A stretch of DNA of 64,000 nucleotides from Novosphingobium sp. (GTDB lineage: Bacteria > Pseudomonadota > Alphaproteobacteria > Sphingomonadales > Sphingomonadaceae): the NCBI GenBank assembly GCA_031367905.1, contig JANLQQ010000154.1:5344-69343 (forward strand), in the 5' to 3' direction. The notes beneath the pieces are model-generated. The model did not search any database, was not told the DNA's origin, and worked only from the letters and a program-made list of their open reading frames with translations. This document shows positions 39,593-49,142 of this stretch, one piece after another. The translations under genes and the position numbers were made by a program. Numbering within the stretch: position 1 is the first letter of the stretch; every line of letters starts with the position of its first letter.

Positions 39593-40909
39593 CTAATTCG
39601 CCTTCCAGCGCAGCGGCAAAGTCTTCAGCCCGCCGACGAATGTGCTTTTCGCCCGCTTGGGTTCGCCGGCCAGTTCGACACTCTCTAGCCGGTCAAGCAG
39701 CGCCTCGAACAGGATTCGCATTTCCAGCCGCGCCAGATGAAGCCCAAGGCATTGATGCGCGCCTGCTCCGAAGGCGAGGTGGCGGTTGGGCTCGCGCGCG
39801 GCGTCGAACCGGCGCGGATCGGGGAACTGCGCCGGATCGTGATTGGCGGCGACATAGTTGATCATCAGCCAGTCGCCCTTGGCGATCTGCTGTCCGCCGA
39901 CCTCGGTATCTTGCGCGGCGGTGCGCATGAAATTCTGCACCGGGCTGGTCCAGCGGATCGCTTCCTCGACGATCCCCGCCAGCAGCGAACGATCGGCTTT
40001 GACCCGGGAAAACTGCGCTGGATCACGGGCCAGCGCCAGCATCGCGCCGGCGGTTGAGGCCGAAGTGGTGTCATGCCCGGCGGCGGCGAGGATGATGTAA
40101 TAGCCCGCCAGATGCCGGTCGGAGAGGTATTCGCCGTCGACCCTGGCATTGGCGATGATGCTGGCAACGTCGTCGGTCGGCTGGGCCCGGCGCTCTGCAG
40201 TGAGTGCCGCGAAATAGGCCTCGAAATCCGCGACTGCACCCGCCACCAGCTGGGTGATCGCCTCGGGCGGCAAATTCTTGATCCCCGACTGGTTGAGGTC
40301 TTCGTCCTGGCCGCCGAACATCTGCTGGGTCAGCATCAGCATGCGCGGTTCGTCTTGCTCGGGCACGCCCAGGATCTGCATAACCACATGGAGCGGGTAG
40401 GGGGCGGAGACCTGCTTCACAAAATCCGTTTCGGGCCCGGCTGCAATCAGCCGGTCGACCGTGTGCCGCGCCAGCGCGCGAATATCGGCCTCGATCCGCA
40501 TCAGGTTCTTGGGCATGAACCATTCCTGGGTCAGCTTGCGGTATTTCATATGGATCGGGGCATCGAACACCACCAGCGATTCGACCAGATTGTGGCTGGA
40601 TTCGCCCGACTTGGCGGTAATCGCACGGGCAAAATCTTCACCGACCTTGGTGGTGAACACTACCGGGCGCGGATTGTTGAGGAAGGTCTGGTTGTCCTTG
40701 CTGATCCGCATGACGTCATCATAGCGCGAGATGAACCAGAACGGATCATGCCAGTCTGAACTGTCCTGCGGTGCAGATGAGACGATCCGGGCGACGGGCA
40801 TATTCTCGCGCAGCCAGTCAAATTGATCGAGCAACGGATCCCACGCGGCGTAAGCGGCAGGATCGATGACCGCGCGCGCTATCTCGGCCGGGGCGACGGG
40901 CTCACTCAC
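39593..40909 (-). CDS. Cytochrome P450 (CYP108-like by I-helix)
   Basis: YYIILAAAGHDTT I-helix, EEAIRW ExxR, heme motif FGAGAHQCLG. Confidence 0.92.
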   Translation of the reverse strand: MSEPVAPAEIARAVIDPAAYAAWDPLLDQFDWLRENMPVARIVSSAPQDSSDWHDPFWFISRYDDVMRISKDNQTFLNNPRPVVFTTKVGEDFARAITAKSGESSHNLVESLVVFDAPIHMKYRKLTQEWFMPKNLMRIEADIRALARHTVDRLIAAGPETDFVKQVSAPYPLHVVMQILGVPEQDEPRMLMLTQQMFGGQDEDLNQSGIKNLPPEAITQLVAGAVADFEAYFAALTAERRAQPTDDVASIIANARVDGEYLSDRHLAGYYIILAAAGHDTTSASTAGAMLALARDPAQFSRVKADRSLLAGIVEEAIRWTSPVQNFMRTAAQDTEVGGQQIAKGDWLMINYVAANHDPAQFPDPRRFDAAREPNRHLAFGAGAHQCLGLHLARLEMRILFEALLDRLESVELAGEPKRAKSTFVGGLKTLPLRWKAN

Positions 40910-42450
40910 GATGCCGCCTCCGCCGCCGCGCGGTATTCATCGCGGAGCAGCCGTTTGTAAAGCTTGCCGGTTGCCTCACGCGGCAACTGCGCGCGGAAAT
41001 CGATCTGGCGCGGCATCTTCACCCGGCTGAGCTGCGGGGCAAGATACGCCAGCAGTTCATCTGCCAGCGCCGGCCCGGCGTCCGCCATATCCAGCGGCTG
41101 GACCACCGCGACGACCCTTTCGCCAAGATCGGAATCGGGCGCGCCGATCACCGCCGCATCGGCCACTTTGGGATGGGTGATCAGCAGATTTTCGATCTCT
41201 TGCGGATAGATATTAACCCCGCCCGAAATGATCATGAAGCTTTTGCGGTCGGTCAGAAACAGGAAGCCGTCTTCGTCGAGCAGTCCGACATCGCCAAGGC
41301 TGGTCCAGCCGTGCTTGTTGCGGCTTTCGGCGGTTTTGACCGGATCATTGTGATATTCGAATGGCTTGAGACTGGGATCGGTTGGCTCAAAAAACACCTG
41401 GCCTTCGGTCCCGCGCGGCACCTCGTCGCCTGCTTCATCGCAGATGTGGACCACGCCCGACAGCGCCCGTCCGACCGAACCGGGCTTGGTGAGCCATTCG
41501 GCGCTGGTGATGAAGGTTGAGCCATTTCCTTCGGTCCCGGCATAATATTCAAACAGCACCGGCCCCCACCACTCGATCATCGCGCGCTTGATCGGAACCG
41601 GGCAGGGCGCGGCGGCGTGGATCGCGCATTTCAGGCTTGAGACGTTGTACTTGGCCCGAATTTCTTCAGGCAGCTTAAGCATCCGCACAAAATGGGTCGG
41701 GACAAACTGGCCGTCGGTGATCTCGTATTTTTCGATCGTCGCCAGCGCGGCTTCGGGATCAAACCGTTCCATCACCACCACCGTCCCGCCGATCCGGTGG
41801 ATGGTCATCGACCAGCGCAGCGGTGCGGCGTGATAAAGCGGCGCTGGAGATATGTAGATTGCGTCCTCTGTGATGCCATAGGCCCCTAGCGTGAACTGAA
41901 CCATGATGTTCGGCGCATCGATCGCCGGGTCGACCGGCAAGGCAATCTTGACCCCCTTGGGCCGACCGGTGGTCCCCGAGGAATAGAGCATATCGGTCCC
42001 CGCGCGTTCATCGGCAATCGGGGTTTCGGGCATCGCCGCCAGCGCATCCTCGGCACTCAGTTTGCCCGGACTATCGAAGCGCAACTGCTTGATCCCGGGA
42101 TTGAGCTTGGCCACCTCATCCAGAACCGGGGCCAGATAGGCCGATCCAAATAACAGTCTGGCCCCGCTATCCTCGAGAATATAGGCAACTTCGGGCGCGG
42201 TCAGGCGGCTGGAGATCGCCACATAATGGACCCCGGCGCGCTGCGCGCCCCAGGTCAGCACGAAGAACCATGGATGGTTTTCGAGGCACAGCGCGATCGT
42301 CTCGCCAATCCCGATTCCGTGGTCGCGAATCAGCTGGGCGACCTGATTGGAGCGGGCATCCAGCTGCGCATAAGTTATGATCTCGCCGCTGGCCGCCATG
42401 ATGATGGCCGGCTTGTCCGGATGAGCCTTGGCGTGAACTTTCGGATGCAT
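40906..42450 (-). CDS. Acyl-CoA synthetase (AMP-forming)
   Basis: YSSGTTGRPKG, YYAGTEG, SLGDVG, DRKSFMIISGGVNIYPQEIE, TGKLYKR. Confidence 0.93.
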   Translation of the reverse strand: MHPKVHAKAHPDKPAIIMAASGEIITYAQLDARSNQVAQLIRDHGIGIGETIALCLENHPWFFVLTWGAQRAGVHYVAISSRLTAPEVAYILEDSGARLLFGSAYLAPVLDEVAKLNPGIKQLRFDSPGKLSAEDALAAMPETPIADERAGTDMLYSSGTTGRPKGVKIALPVDPAIDAPNIMVQFTLGAYGITEDAIYISPAPLYHAAPLRWSMTIHRIGGTVVVMERFDPEAALATIEKYEITDGQFVPTHFVRMLKLPEEIRAKYNVSSLKCAIHAAAPCPVPIKRAMIEWWGPVLFEYYAGTEGNGSTFITSAEWLTKPGSVGRALSGVVHICDEAGDEVPRGTEGQVFFEPTDPSLKPFEYHNDPVKTAESRNKHGWTSLGDVGLLDEDGFLFLTDRKSFMIISGGVNIYPQEIENLLITHPKVADAAVIGAPDSDLGERVVAVVQPLDMADAGPALADELLAYLAPQLSRVKMPRQIDFRAQLPREATGKLYKRLLRDEYRAAAEAAS

Positions 42451-42545
42451 GGCGGCAGGCTCTCCTCAGGCGGCGGCTAATGCCGCTCGTACCAGGGAGT
42501 TTAACCGGGTGATTAATTAGCGCAAAAGAAAACCGCGCTGACAAG

Positions 42546-42570
42546 AAAAAGGCGGCGGTCGCCCGTCGCC
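42546..42570 (-). terminator. Intrinsic terminator downstream of the M23 gene
   Basis: Minus strand GGCGACGG-GCGA-CCGCCGCC-TTTTT; GNRA loop, one mismatch in stem. Confidence 0.55.
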
Positions 42571-42637
42571 CCTTTCCCAGCATCCTCAGGAAGCTGACGT
42601 CGGCCCGGGTCTGATGCCCAGTACCGCGGTGGTAAAC

Positions 42638-43354
42638 TTATTCGCCGCCCTTGCCGGTTGCAGCTGGATCAGCATTGATCACTGCCGCGCGGATCTCTGA
42701 GGCCTGCATGTAAGGAATCGGGTTAACCGACTGGCCGGCGATGCGCACTTCATAGTGGAGATGCGGACCGGTCGAGCGGCCAGTAGTGCCGACGTAACCG
42801 ATGATATCGCCCTTGCGCACCTGCTGACCGGCAGCGACATTCAGCCGTGACATATGGCCATAACGGGTTTCGATATTGCCGCCGTGTTCCAGCGCAACAT
42901 ACAGACCATAGCTGCTGAACCAGTCAGCGCGGCCAACCACGCCATCGGCGGTTGCATGAACCGGCGTTCCAACCGGTCCGGCAAGATCGACCCCTTGGTG
43001 GGCCCGGCGGCCGCCAACAACCGGGTGCCAGCGCATCCCGAAGCCACTGGTCAGACGAACCCCTTCAACCGGCATCCGCGAGGGAATAGCGACACCGCCA
43101 ATCCGGCGGCTGGGCAGGGCGATCCGGGCGCCGGGCTGATCGAGCGACTGCCAGCTGGTGAACAGGCGGCGGAATTCTTCATCACCATTACCAAGTTCGG
43201 TCTGTTTGGAAATCTGTGCGGCCCGCAGCGGGGTCATAATATCAGCCGTCGCGCTGCTGTTGGCGAATGCTGGCTGGGCGGCCACGAGGCTGGAAAATGC
43301 GGCAACCGCGCCGACAATTGTCCGAACTTTGGCAAAAAACGAAAAAACGACCAC
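42638..43354 (-). CDS. M23 family peptidoglycan endopeptidase
   Basis: Signal peptide; HQGVD, YGHMS, GTTGRSTGPHLHYE; start uncertain. Confidence 0.92.
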   Translation of the reverse strand: MVVFSFFAKVRTIVGAVAAFSSLVAAQPAFANSSATADIMTPLRAAQISKQTELGNGDEEFRRLFTSWQSLDQPGARIALPSRRIGGVAIPSRMPVEGVRLTSGFGMRWHPVVGGRRAHQGVDLAGPVGTPVHATADGVVGRADWFSSYGLYVALEHGGNIETRYGHMSRLNVAAGQQVRKGDIIGYVGTTGRSTGPHLHYEVRIAGQSVNPIPYMQASEIRAAVINADPAATGKGGE

Positions 43355-43762
43355 TCAAATCACCTTAGTTTCTCCGGCCTATCCATATTTGGATCAGGCC
43401 GTGCGAACCCTGTTTTAACGGACCGAAAACCAACGCATTTCACGCGCTGGCCAAATCGGCCTGCAAACATATTCTGAGATGGTCGGAACCCCCCGCCGTC
43501 TCGCGAGTTGGGCTTATGCGGCAAAAGCCTTATCTGGCAACCCCGTCGCGGAAAGTGCGCGATAAACCGGCTGACTCGCGGGGTGAGTCGTTGAGCTGCG
43601 GCCTAACGCCCCGAAAAAACGGCGTTTCGCCAAGCATTTCTTCAAACAATCCAAGTGATTCTTCGCGCGACGAATTGATTTGCACCGAAACGATTACGGC
43701 AAATTTCATCGTCAAAGATTCGTTTAGGGCCCACCGGAAAGCGGTCCCCAAGGTGGCATTGA

Positions 43763-44236
43763 TCAGAGCGCTGTTGCCGCCGCCAGCACTTCGGCGGCGT
43801 GCCCGGCAACTTTCACCTTATCCCAGATCCGCGCGATCCTGCCATCGGCACCGATCAGATAGGTGCTGCGGACCATGCCCATGTAGCTGCGCCCGTACAT
43901 CGCTTTTTCGGCCCAGACCCCAAGCGCGTCTGACAGGCCGCCTTCCTCGGCATCGCTGGCAAGCGGCGCGGTTAGGCCATATTTGGCAATGAACTTCTGG
44001 TGCTTTTTGGGGGAATCCTTGCTCACCCCGAGCAAACCGATCCCGGCCTTGGCGAAATCCTCTGCAAGCGCCGAGAAATCCTTGTTCTCGGTGGTGCAGC
44101 CGGGGGTGTCATCCTTGGGATAAAAGAACACCACCAGTTTTTGTGCCGCAAAGTCGGTCAGCCGCACGGTGCCACCTGCAGGGCGCTCAAGCGCGATATC
44201 GGGCAGGGGATCACCGATCCCGGGGAAGCTGTTCAT
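43763..44236 (-). CDS. bcp: Peroxiredoxin BCP/PrxQ
   Basis: FFYPKDDTPGCTTE, VRSTYLI. Confidence 0.93.
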   Translation of the reverse strand: MNSFPGIGDPLPDIALERPAGGTVRLTDFAAQKLVVFFYPKDDTPGCTTENKDFSALAEDFAKAGIGLLGVSKDSPKKHQKFIAKYGLTAPLASDAEEGGLSDALGVWAEKAMYGRSYMGMVRSTYLIGADGRIARIWDKVKVAGHAAEVLAAATAL

Positions 44237-44239
44237 GGT

Positions 44240-46957
44240 TCAAATCTCCAGCGTTTCACCAAAAATCTCCGCCCAGCTGGCGGCAACTGCGGCGCGGGCC
44301 GCGGCAAGCTCCAGGCCGACAGCCTCCCAATCGCGGCAACCGCAGGCTTTGGCAAGCACCGCGCGCGCGGCCGGCGACGGAGTTTCCGCGTCAGGGGCAA
44401 GCAGCCGTGCGGCGATCAGCAGCCGCGCCATCATGTCATGGGCAGAGCAGATCGAGCGCGGCAACAGCCCGGCTGCGACCAGCGCGGCGATCGCGCCGGC
44501 CAGATCCGGCACCAGCCCCACCCCTTCGCGCAGCTGGAGATAATGGACCAGAAACTCGATATCGACCAGCCCGCCGCGCGCCAGCTTGACGTCCAGCGGG
44601 CCTTTGGCGGGCTTGTGCCGGGCCATCTCGGCCCGCATTGCCAGCACATCGGCGCGCAGCTTGGCCGGATCGCGCCGGGCCCGCAGCACCCCATCGATAA
44701 TCCCGGCGAGCTCCGCCTGCGCGGCCAGCGGACCAAACAGCGGCCGGGCGCGGGTCAGCGCCATATGTTCCCAGGTCCAGGCCTGCTCGTGCTGATAGCG
44801 GGCAAAGCTGTCGAGGCTGACCGCCAGCGGGCCTTGCGCGCCCGAGGGCCTGAGCCTTGTATCGACCTCGTAAAGCGCGCCCTCGGCAGTCGGCACCGAC
44901 AGCGCGGCGCTGATCCGCTGGGCCAGCCGGTTGAAATAGAGTGTCGCGCCCAGCGGTCTGTGGCCATCGGATTCGGCCCCGTGGGACCCGGTGAACAAAT
45001 AAATCAGGTCAAGATCCGAGGCATGTGTCAGTGCCCCGCCGCCCAGCCGTCCCAGCCCCAGGATGACCAGCTCCGCTCCGGCGATCCGGCCATGGGCGCG
45101 AACAAACTCGGCAATCGTCGCCTCGGCCAGCACCGCCAGCGCAGCCTCGGCGATGCGCGAAAGGCCAGCCGCAATCTCAAGTGGATCGTGCGCTCCGCCG
45201 GCAAAATCATCGGCGATCAGTTGCACGCCCAGCGCAAAGCGCAGCTCGCCCACTTTGCGCCGGACCCGGTCAAGCAGCCGCTGGTAATCGTCATCCGCCT
45301 CAAGGCGGCCAAAATCGGCCGCCAGCTCGGCAACCTCGCCGGGCAGGTCAAACGCGCTGGCATCGATCAGCGGATCCAGCAGATCGGCCCGCCGGGTCAG
45401 CGCATCGGCGAGCGGCGGGGCCAGGCTGAGAATCCGGGCGAGCAACTGGAGCAGCGCGGGCCGCGCTTCCAGCAGCCGAAACAGATTAACCGCGCTGGGC
45501 AGATTGGTGAGCAGCTGTTCCCAGCGCAGCAGCGCGCGCTCAGGCTCTGGCGCGACCGCAAACGCGGCGAGTAGCGCGGGCTGGATTGCATCGAAGGCGT
45601 TGCGGGCGGCATCGCTGCGCAAGGCGCGCAACCTGCCCGAGCGCCAACCGGCGATCCGGTTCGCCAGCGCCGGCGGATCGGCAAACCCCAGACCGCTCAG
45701 CATTTCGCCCAGCGCTTCCCCGCCAGACACGGCGATCTGCGCGGTTTCCGCTGTGCTATGCTCAGCAATCAGCAGGTCGTAACGCTGGCCGACCGCTTCG
45801 CTGATCGCGGCGACTTCTGCCACTAGCGCCGCGCCATTTTCCAGCCCAGCCAGCCAGGCGGCATTATCCAGCGCCGCAGGATCGAGCGGCAGGCTGTGGG
45901 TTTGCTGATCGCCAACCATTTGCAAGCGGTGCTCGATCCCCCGCAGCCGGTCATAACTCTCGCCCAGCAGCTGTGCATCGGCCGGATCGATGATCCCTGC
46001 AGTTGCCAGCGCATCAAGGCTGGCGCGGGTTCCGCGCAAGCGCAGCGCGGGATTGCGCCCGCCGTGGATCAGCTGGTGGGTCTGGGCAAAGAATTCGACC
46101 TCGCGGATCCCGCCGCGCCCGCGTTTCAGATCGAATCCTGGGCCTGGCACTTGCGGCCCGCCATGATTGGCGCGGATCCGCGCGGTCAGCCGCCCGATTT
46201 CGGTAATCGCCCCGAAATCGAGCGCTTTGCGCCACACGAACGGCCTGATCGCGGCGAGGAAGACTTGCCCCGCCGCAATATCCCCGGCACAGGCCCGCGC
46301 CCTGATGAAGGCGGCGCGCTCCCACGCCAGCGCCGAGGATTCATAATGGCTGAGCGCGGCCTCGATCGAGATTGCCAGCGGGCTGACTTCGGATGCCGGG
46401 CGCAAGCGCAGGTCAACCCGGAAAACATAGCCTTCGGCCGTGACGTGGCTCATGGTTTCGATCAAGGTGCGGGCAACGCGCTGCGCTGCTTCGGCCGGTT
46501 CATCGCGGCTCCGCCGGGGGAGCAGCGCGGGATCGTAAAGCAGGATCGGATCGATATCGGAGCTGTAGTTGAGCTCCTGCGCCCCGTGCTTGCCCAGCGC
46601 CAATGCGAGGAACCCGGCAGGCGTTGCATCGGGCATCCGGGCGCGGATCGCATCGGCAATAGCGGCGTCCATCGCCCGATCGGCAAAGGCGGAAAGTTCC
46701 CCCATCACGCGGCCCAACGGGAAGGCCCCGGCAAGATCACCCACCGCCAGTACCACCGCCAGCGCCATCCGTTCGCGCCGCAGCGCGCTGGCGACGCTTT
46801 CCGCAGCAGCCCCCGCAGCCTTCGCCCAGGCCATCGCTTGCTCGCCATCACCGGCTGCCAACAGAGCTTCAAGCACCGGCTGCCGGTCCAGCCCGCGCGC
46901 CAGAAAAGGCGCGTGAGCGCGCGCGCGGGTTATTGCTCCGGGCCAATTGGCGGTCAT
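44240..46957 (-). CDS. glnE: Glutamine synthetase adenylyltransferase/adenylyl-removing enzyme
   Basis: Two nucleotidyltransferase units: LGKHGAQELNYSSDID...VDLRLRP and LGRLGGGALTHASDLD...VDTRLRPSG. Confidence 0.93.
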   Translation of the reverse strand: MTANWPGAITRARAHAPFLARGLDRQPVLEALLAAGDGEQAMAWAKAAGAAAESVASALRRERMALAVVLAVGDLAGAFPLGRVMGELSAFADRAMDAAIADAIRARMPDATPAGFLALALGKHGAQELNYSSDIDPILLYDPALLPRRSRDEPAEAAQRVARTLIETMSHVTAEGYVFRVDLRLRPASEVSPLAISIEAALSHYESSALAWERAAFIRARACAGDIAAGQVFLAAIRPFVWRKALDFGAITEIGRLTARIRANHGGPQVPGPGFDLKRGRGGIREVEFFAQTHQLIHGGRNPALRLRGTRASLDALATAGIIDPADAQLLGESYDRLRGIEHRLQMVGDQQTHSLPLDPAALDNAAWLAGLENGAALVAEVAAISEAVGQRYDLLIAEHSTAETAQIAVSGGEALGEMLSGLGFADPPALANRIAGWRSGRLRALRSDAARNAFDAIQPALLAAFAVAPEPERALLRWEQLLTNLPSAVNLFRLLEARPALLQLLARILSLAPPLADALTRRADLLDPLIDASAFDLPGEVAELAADFGRLEADDDYQRLLDRVRRKVGELRFALGVQLIADDFAGGAHDPLEIAAGLSRIAEAALAVLAEATIAEFVRAHGRIAGAELVILGLGRLGGGALTHASDLDLIYLFTGSHGAESDGHRPLGATLYFNRLAQRISAALSVPTAEGALYEVDTRLRPSGAQGPLAVSLDSFARYQHEQAWTWEHMALTRARPLFGPLAAQAELAGIIDGVLRARRDPAKLRADVLAMRAEMARHKPAKGPLDVKLARGGLVDIEFLVHYLQLREGVGLVPDLAGAIAALVAAGLLPRSICSAHDMMARLLIAARLLAPDAETPSPAARAVLAKACGCRDWEAVGLELAAARAAVAASWAEIFGETLEI

Positions 46958-47067
46958 CCCGCACAGCGATGCCCGTTGCGTCGCCAGTGATCAAGCGGCG
47001 CGCTTGCAGCGCGGTGCACGCTCTGCCAAGTCACGGCGCAATCAATTGCTCGAAAGGCTGCTTCGTG

Positions 47068-47238
47068 ATGCCCCGCCTGCCCCTGCTTGCCGCCGCATTG
47101 CTGATCGCCAATCCAGCTTTGGCCAAGTCCATGCCGGTTTCGCCTACTAAGGCCGCGCGCGATGCTCATAGTGACGAATATGGAGGTAATTGGGACTGCT
47201 CGGGGATCCTCCAGGAAGGCGAAGAAGTAAGCCCATGA
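47068..47238 (+). pseudogene. Probable internally deleted M28 peptidase remnant (56 codons)
   Basis: Clean signal peptide MPRLPLLAAALLIANPALA followed shortly by HSDEYGGNWDCSGILQE, resembling the M28 C-terminal YHxPSDE...WDxSG segment; ATGA overlap with next gene. Confidence 0.5.
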
Positions 47239-48221
47239 CAGCACCCATCATGCGAATGCCGGCAGAATGGCATCCGCAAGCCTGGCTATGGATCGGCTTC
47301 CCCCATGACGGCGAGGAGTGGCCGGGATTCCTCAGCGCGGCGCAGGAACAGATTGCCAGCTTTGCCAATGCGGTGGCGGACAGCGGCCAGGACGTGCGGC
47401 TGATCGTCCGCGACGGTGCCAATGAAGCGCGAGCACGGGGGCTGTGCAGCGCTGCGGTCAAGCTGGAGCGGCGCGTCTATGGCGATGTCTGGCTGCGCGA
47501 TACCGGGCCGCTGGTGGTCTCGGACGGGCAGCACCGGATTGCACGGCGGTTCGGCTTCAACGGCTGGGGCGGCAAATATATCATGCCGGGCGATACCGAA
47601 ATCGGCGCGGAACTGGCGTCCAGCGCCGGGCTGGCGATGGAAGCCCGCGACTGGATATTGGAAGGCGGCGCGCTTGATGGGGACGGCACCGGGCTGGTCG
47701 TGACGACGGAGCAATGCCTGCTCAATTCCAATCGCAACCCGGAGCTGTCGCAAGCCGAGCTTGAGGCACGGCTGTCCCGCGACCTCGGGTTTGAGCGGGT
47801 GTTGTGGCTGGGCGACGGCTTGATCAATGATCACACCGATGGCCATGTCGATAACCTTGCCCGGTTTGTTGCTCCGGGTGTGCTGGCCTTGCCCCGGGCG
47901 AGCGGCGGGGATGATCCCAATGCGGCAATCTATGCCGACGCCAAGGCCCGCGCCGAGGTCTTTGGCGTGAAGTTGCGCGAAGTGCCCTCGCCCGGCCGGG
48001 TGATGACGGCCAAGCGGATCGAACCAGCCAGCTATATGAACTTTGTGATCACCACGAAACTGGTGGTAGTCCCGATCTATGGCACCCGCCATGACGCAGA
48101 CGGAGTAGCCGCGGTGGCCGAGTTGTTCCCGGACCGCGAAGTGATCGGGATCATGGCCGATGCGGTGCTGGCGGGCGGTGGCAGTTTCCATTGCGCCAGT
48201 CAGCAGATGCCCCAGCTGTGA
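47235..48221 (+). CDS. aguA: Agmatine/peptidyl-arginine deiminase family protein
   Basis: MPAEW, DVWLRDTGP, FNGWGGKY, LEGG, DHTDGHVD, GGSFHCASQQ. Confidence 0.9.
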   Translation: MTAPIMRMPAEWHPQAWLWIGFPHDGEEWPGFLSAAQEQIASFANAVADSGQDVRLIVRDGANEARARGLCSAAVKLERRVYGDVWLRDTGPLVVSDGQHRIARRFGFNGWGGKYIMPGDTEIGAELASSAGLAMEARDWILEGGALDGDGTGLVVTTEQCLLNSNRNPELSQAELEARLSRDLGFERVLWLGDGLINDHTDGHVDNLARFVAPGVLALPRASGGDDPNAAIYADAKARAEVFGVKLREVPSPGRVMTAKRIEPASYMNFVITTKLVVVPIYGTRHDADGVAAVAELFPDREVIGIMADAVLAGGGSFHCASQQMPQL

Positions 48222-48272
48222 CGCAGGCGCCGCTTTAACTTTTCGGCAAGGCAACGGGCGCAATATGCCAGC

Positions 48273-48407
48273 ATGGTCAGATTTATCGCCCTAGCTGTGA
48301 TCGACTCGAGCGCCGTTCGGCTCGACTGGCTGCGTTCGTTGATCGTTTGCGGCTGCGCGCTGGCGTTGATCTTCGCGGATCGCGCGCTGCCGACGCTAAG
48401 CCTGTAG
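48273..48407 (+). CDS. 44-aa small membrane protein (absent from ORF track)
   Basis: [44 protein letters not shown]; fills the gap between convergent genes; GC-rich third positions. Confidence 0.5.
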   Translation: MVRFIALAVIDSSAVRLDWLRSLIVCGCALALIFADRALPTLSL

Positions 48408-49142
48408 CAGCTTCAACAGCGCCGCTGCTGCCGCAAGGCCCAGCACGACCCCAGTGAATATCCGCCAGGCATTCTCTGACACGCGGCCAAAGGCCAACGT
48501 GCCGAGCCAATTGCCCAGCAGCACCGCCGGATAGAGAATAGATGCCAACAGCGGCTCGCGCGGTGTCGCCACCCCCAGAGCCACGGCTGAGAGACATCCT
48601 GCCAGCGAGGTGGCGAGGAAGATCGTCATCATCGATGCCCGGGCCATTTGCACAGGCAGCGCGCGGCGGAGGTAATATGGCACCACTGGCGGCCCCGGCA
48701 TCCCTGCAAATCCGGTCAATATGCCAGAGGCAATTCCGGTTGTGCCAGTCTCAAGCGAACTGGGCTGGTGATCGTCAGCTCGCTTGGGCAGCAGCACCAT
48801 CACAAACGCTCCGAGCGCGACCAAGGCGATCATGAGCCGCGCCAATGCCGGGTCGGTAATTGCCAGCAACCAGACACCAAGCGGGGTCGCGATCATCGCC
48901 AGCACCGAAATATGCAGCGCCGAACGCTCGGCATGACCGATGATCTTCTTCAGCCCGACCAGCCCGATGAACAGCCCGAGCAAATTCGCCACCACCACCG
49001 CCTCGCCCGGCGGGACGGCAAGTCCCAGCACCGGGACCAGCAGAATCGCCATGCCGAACCCGGCCAGCCCCCGCACAAACGCCGCCGCCAGTGCGGCCGC
49101 AAGCGCGACTGCCATTTGTTCAGGAGCAAGCCCAGCGATCAA
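48396..49142 (-). CDS. TauE/SafE family sulfite exporter-like membrane protein
   Basis: [16 protein letters not shown]; about 8 TMs; 4-bp overlap with thrS. Confidence 0.85.
   Translation of the reverse strand: MIAGLAPEQMAVALAAALAAAFVRGLAGFGMAILLVPVLGLAVPPGEAVVVANLLGLFIGLVGLKKIIGHAERSALHISVLAMIATPLGVWLLAITDPALARLMIALVALGAFVMVLLPKRADDHQPSSLETGTTGIASGILTGFAGMPGPPVVPYYLRRALPVQMARASMMTIFLATSLAGCLSAVALGVATPREPLLASILYPAVLLGNWLGTLAFGRVSENAWRIFTGVVLGLAAAAALLKLLQA

Noticed and set aside
42501-42516. TTAA-CCGGGTGA-TTAA as a CtrA box upstream of the acyl-CoA ligase
   Set aside because: Spacer is 8 nt rather than 7; at most a half-site.
43516-43992. 158-aa ORF in the M23-bcp gap
   Set aside because: Overlaps bcp antisense, lacks a convincing RBS or motif; more likely non-coding.
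44000-45574. 524-aa plus-strand ORF (and similar ones at 23174-24376 and 32068-33276)
   Set aside because: Antisense to glnE, wzc and leuS/DUF3576; no recognisable domains.
47034-47050. Sigma-54-like -24/-12 element (CGGCGCAATCAATTGCT)
   Set aside because: GG-to-GC spacing is 11 nt instead of the required 10.
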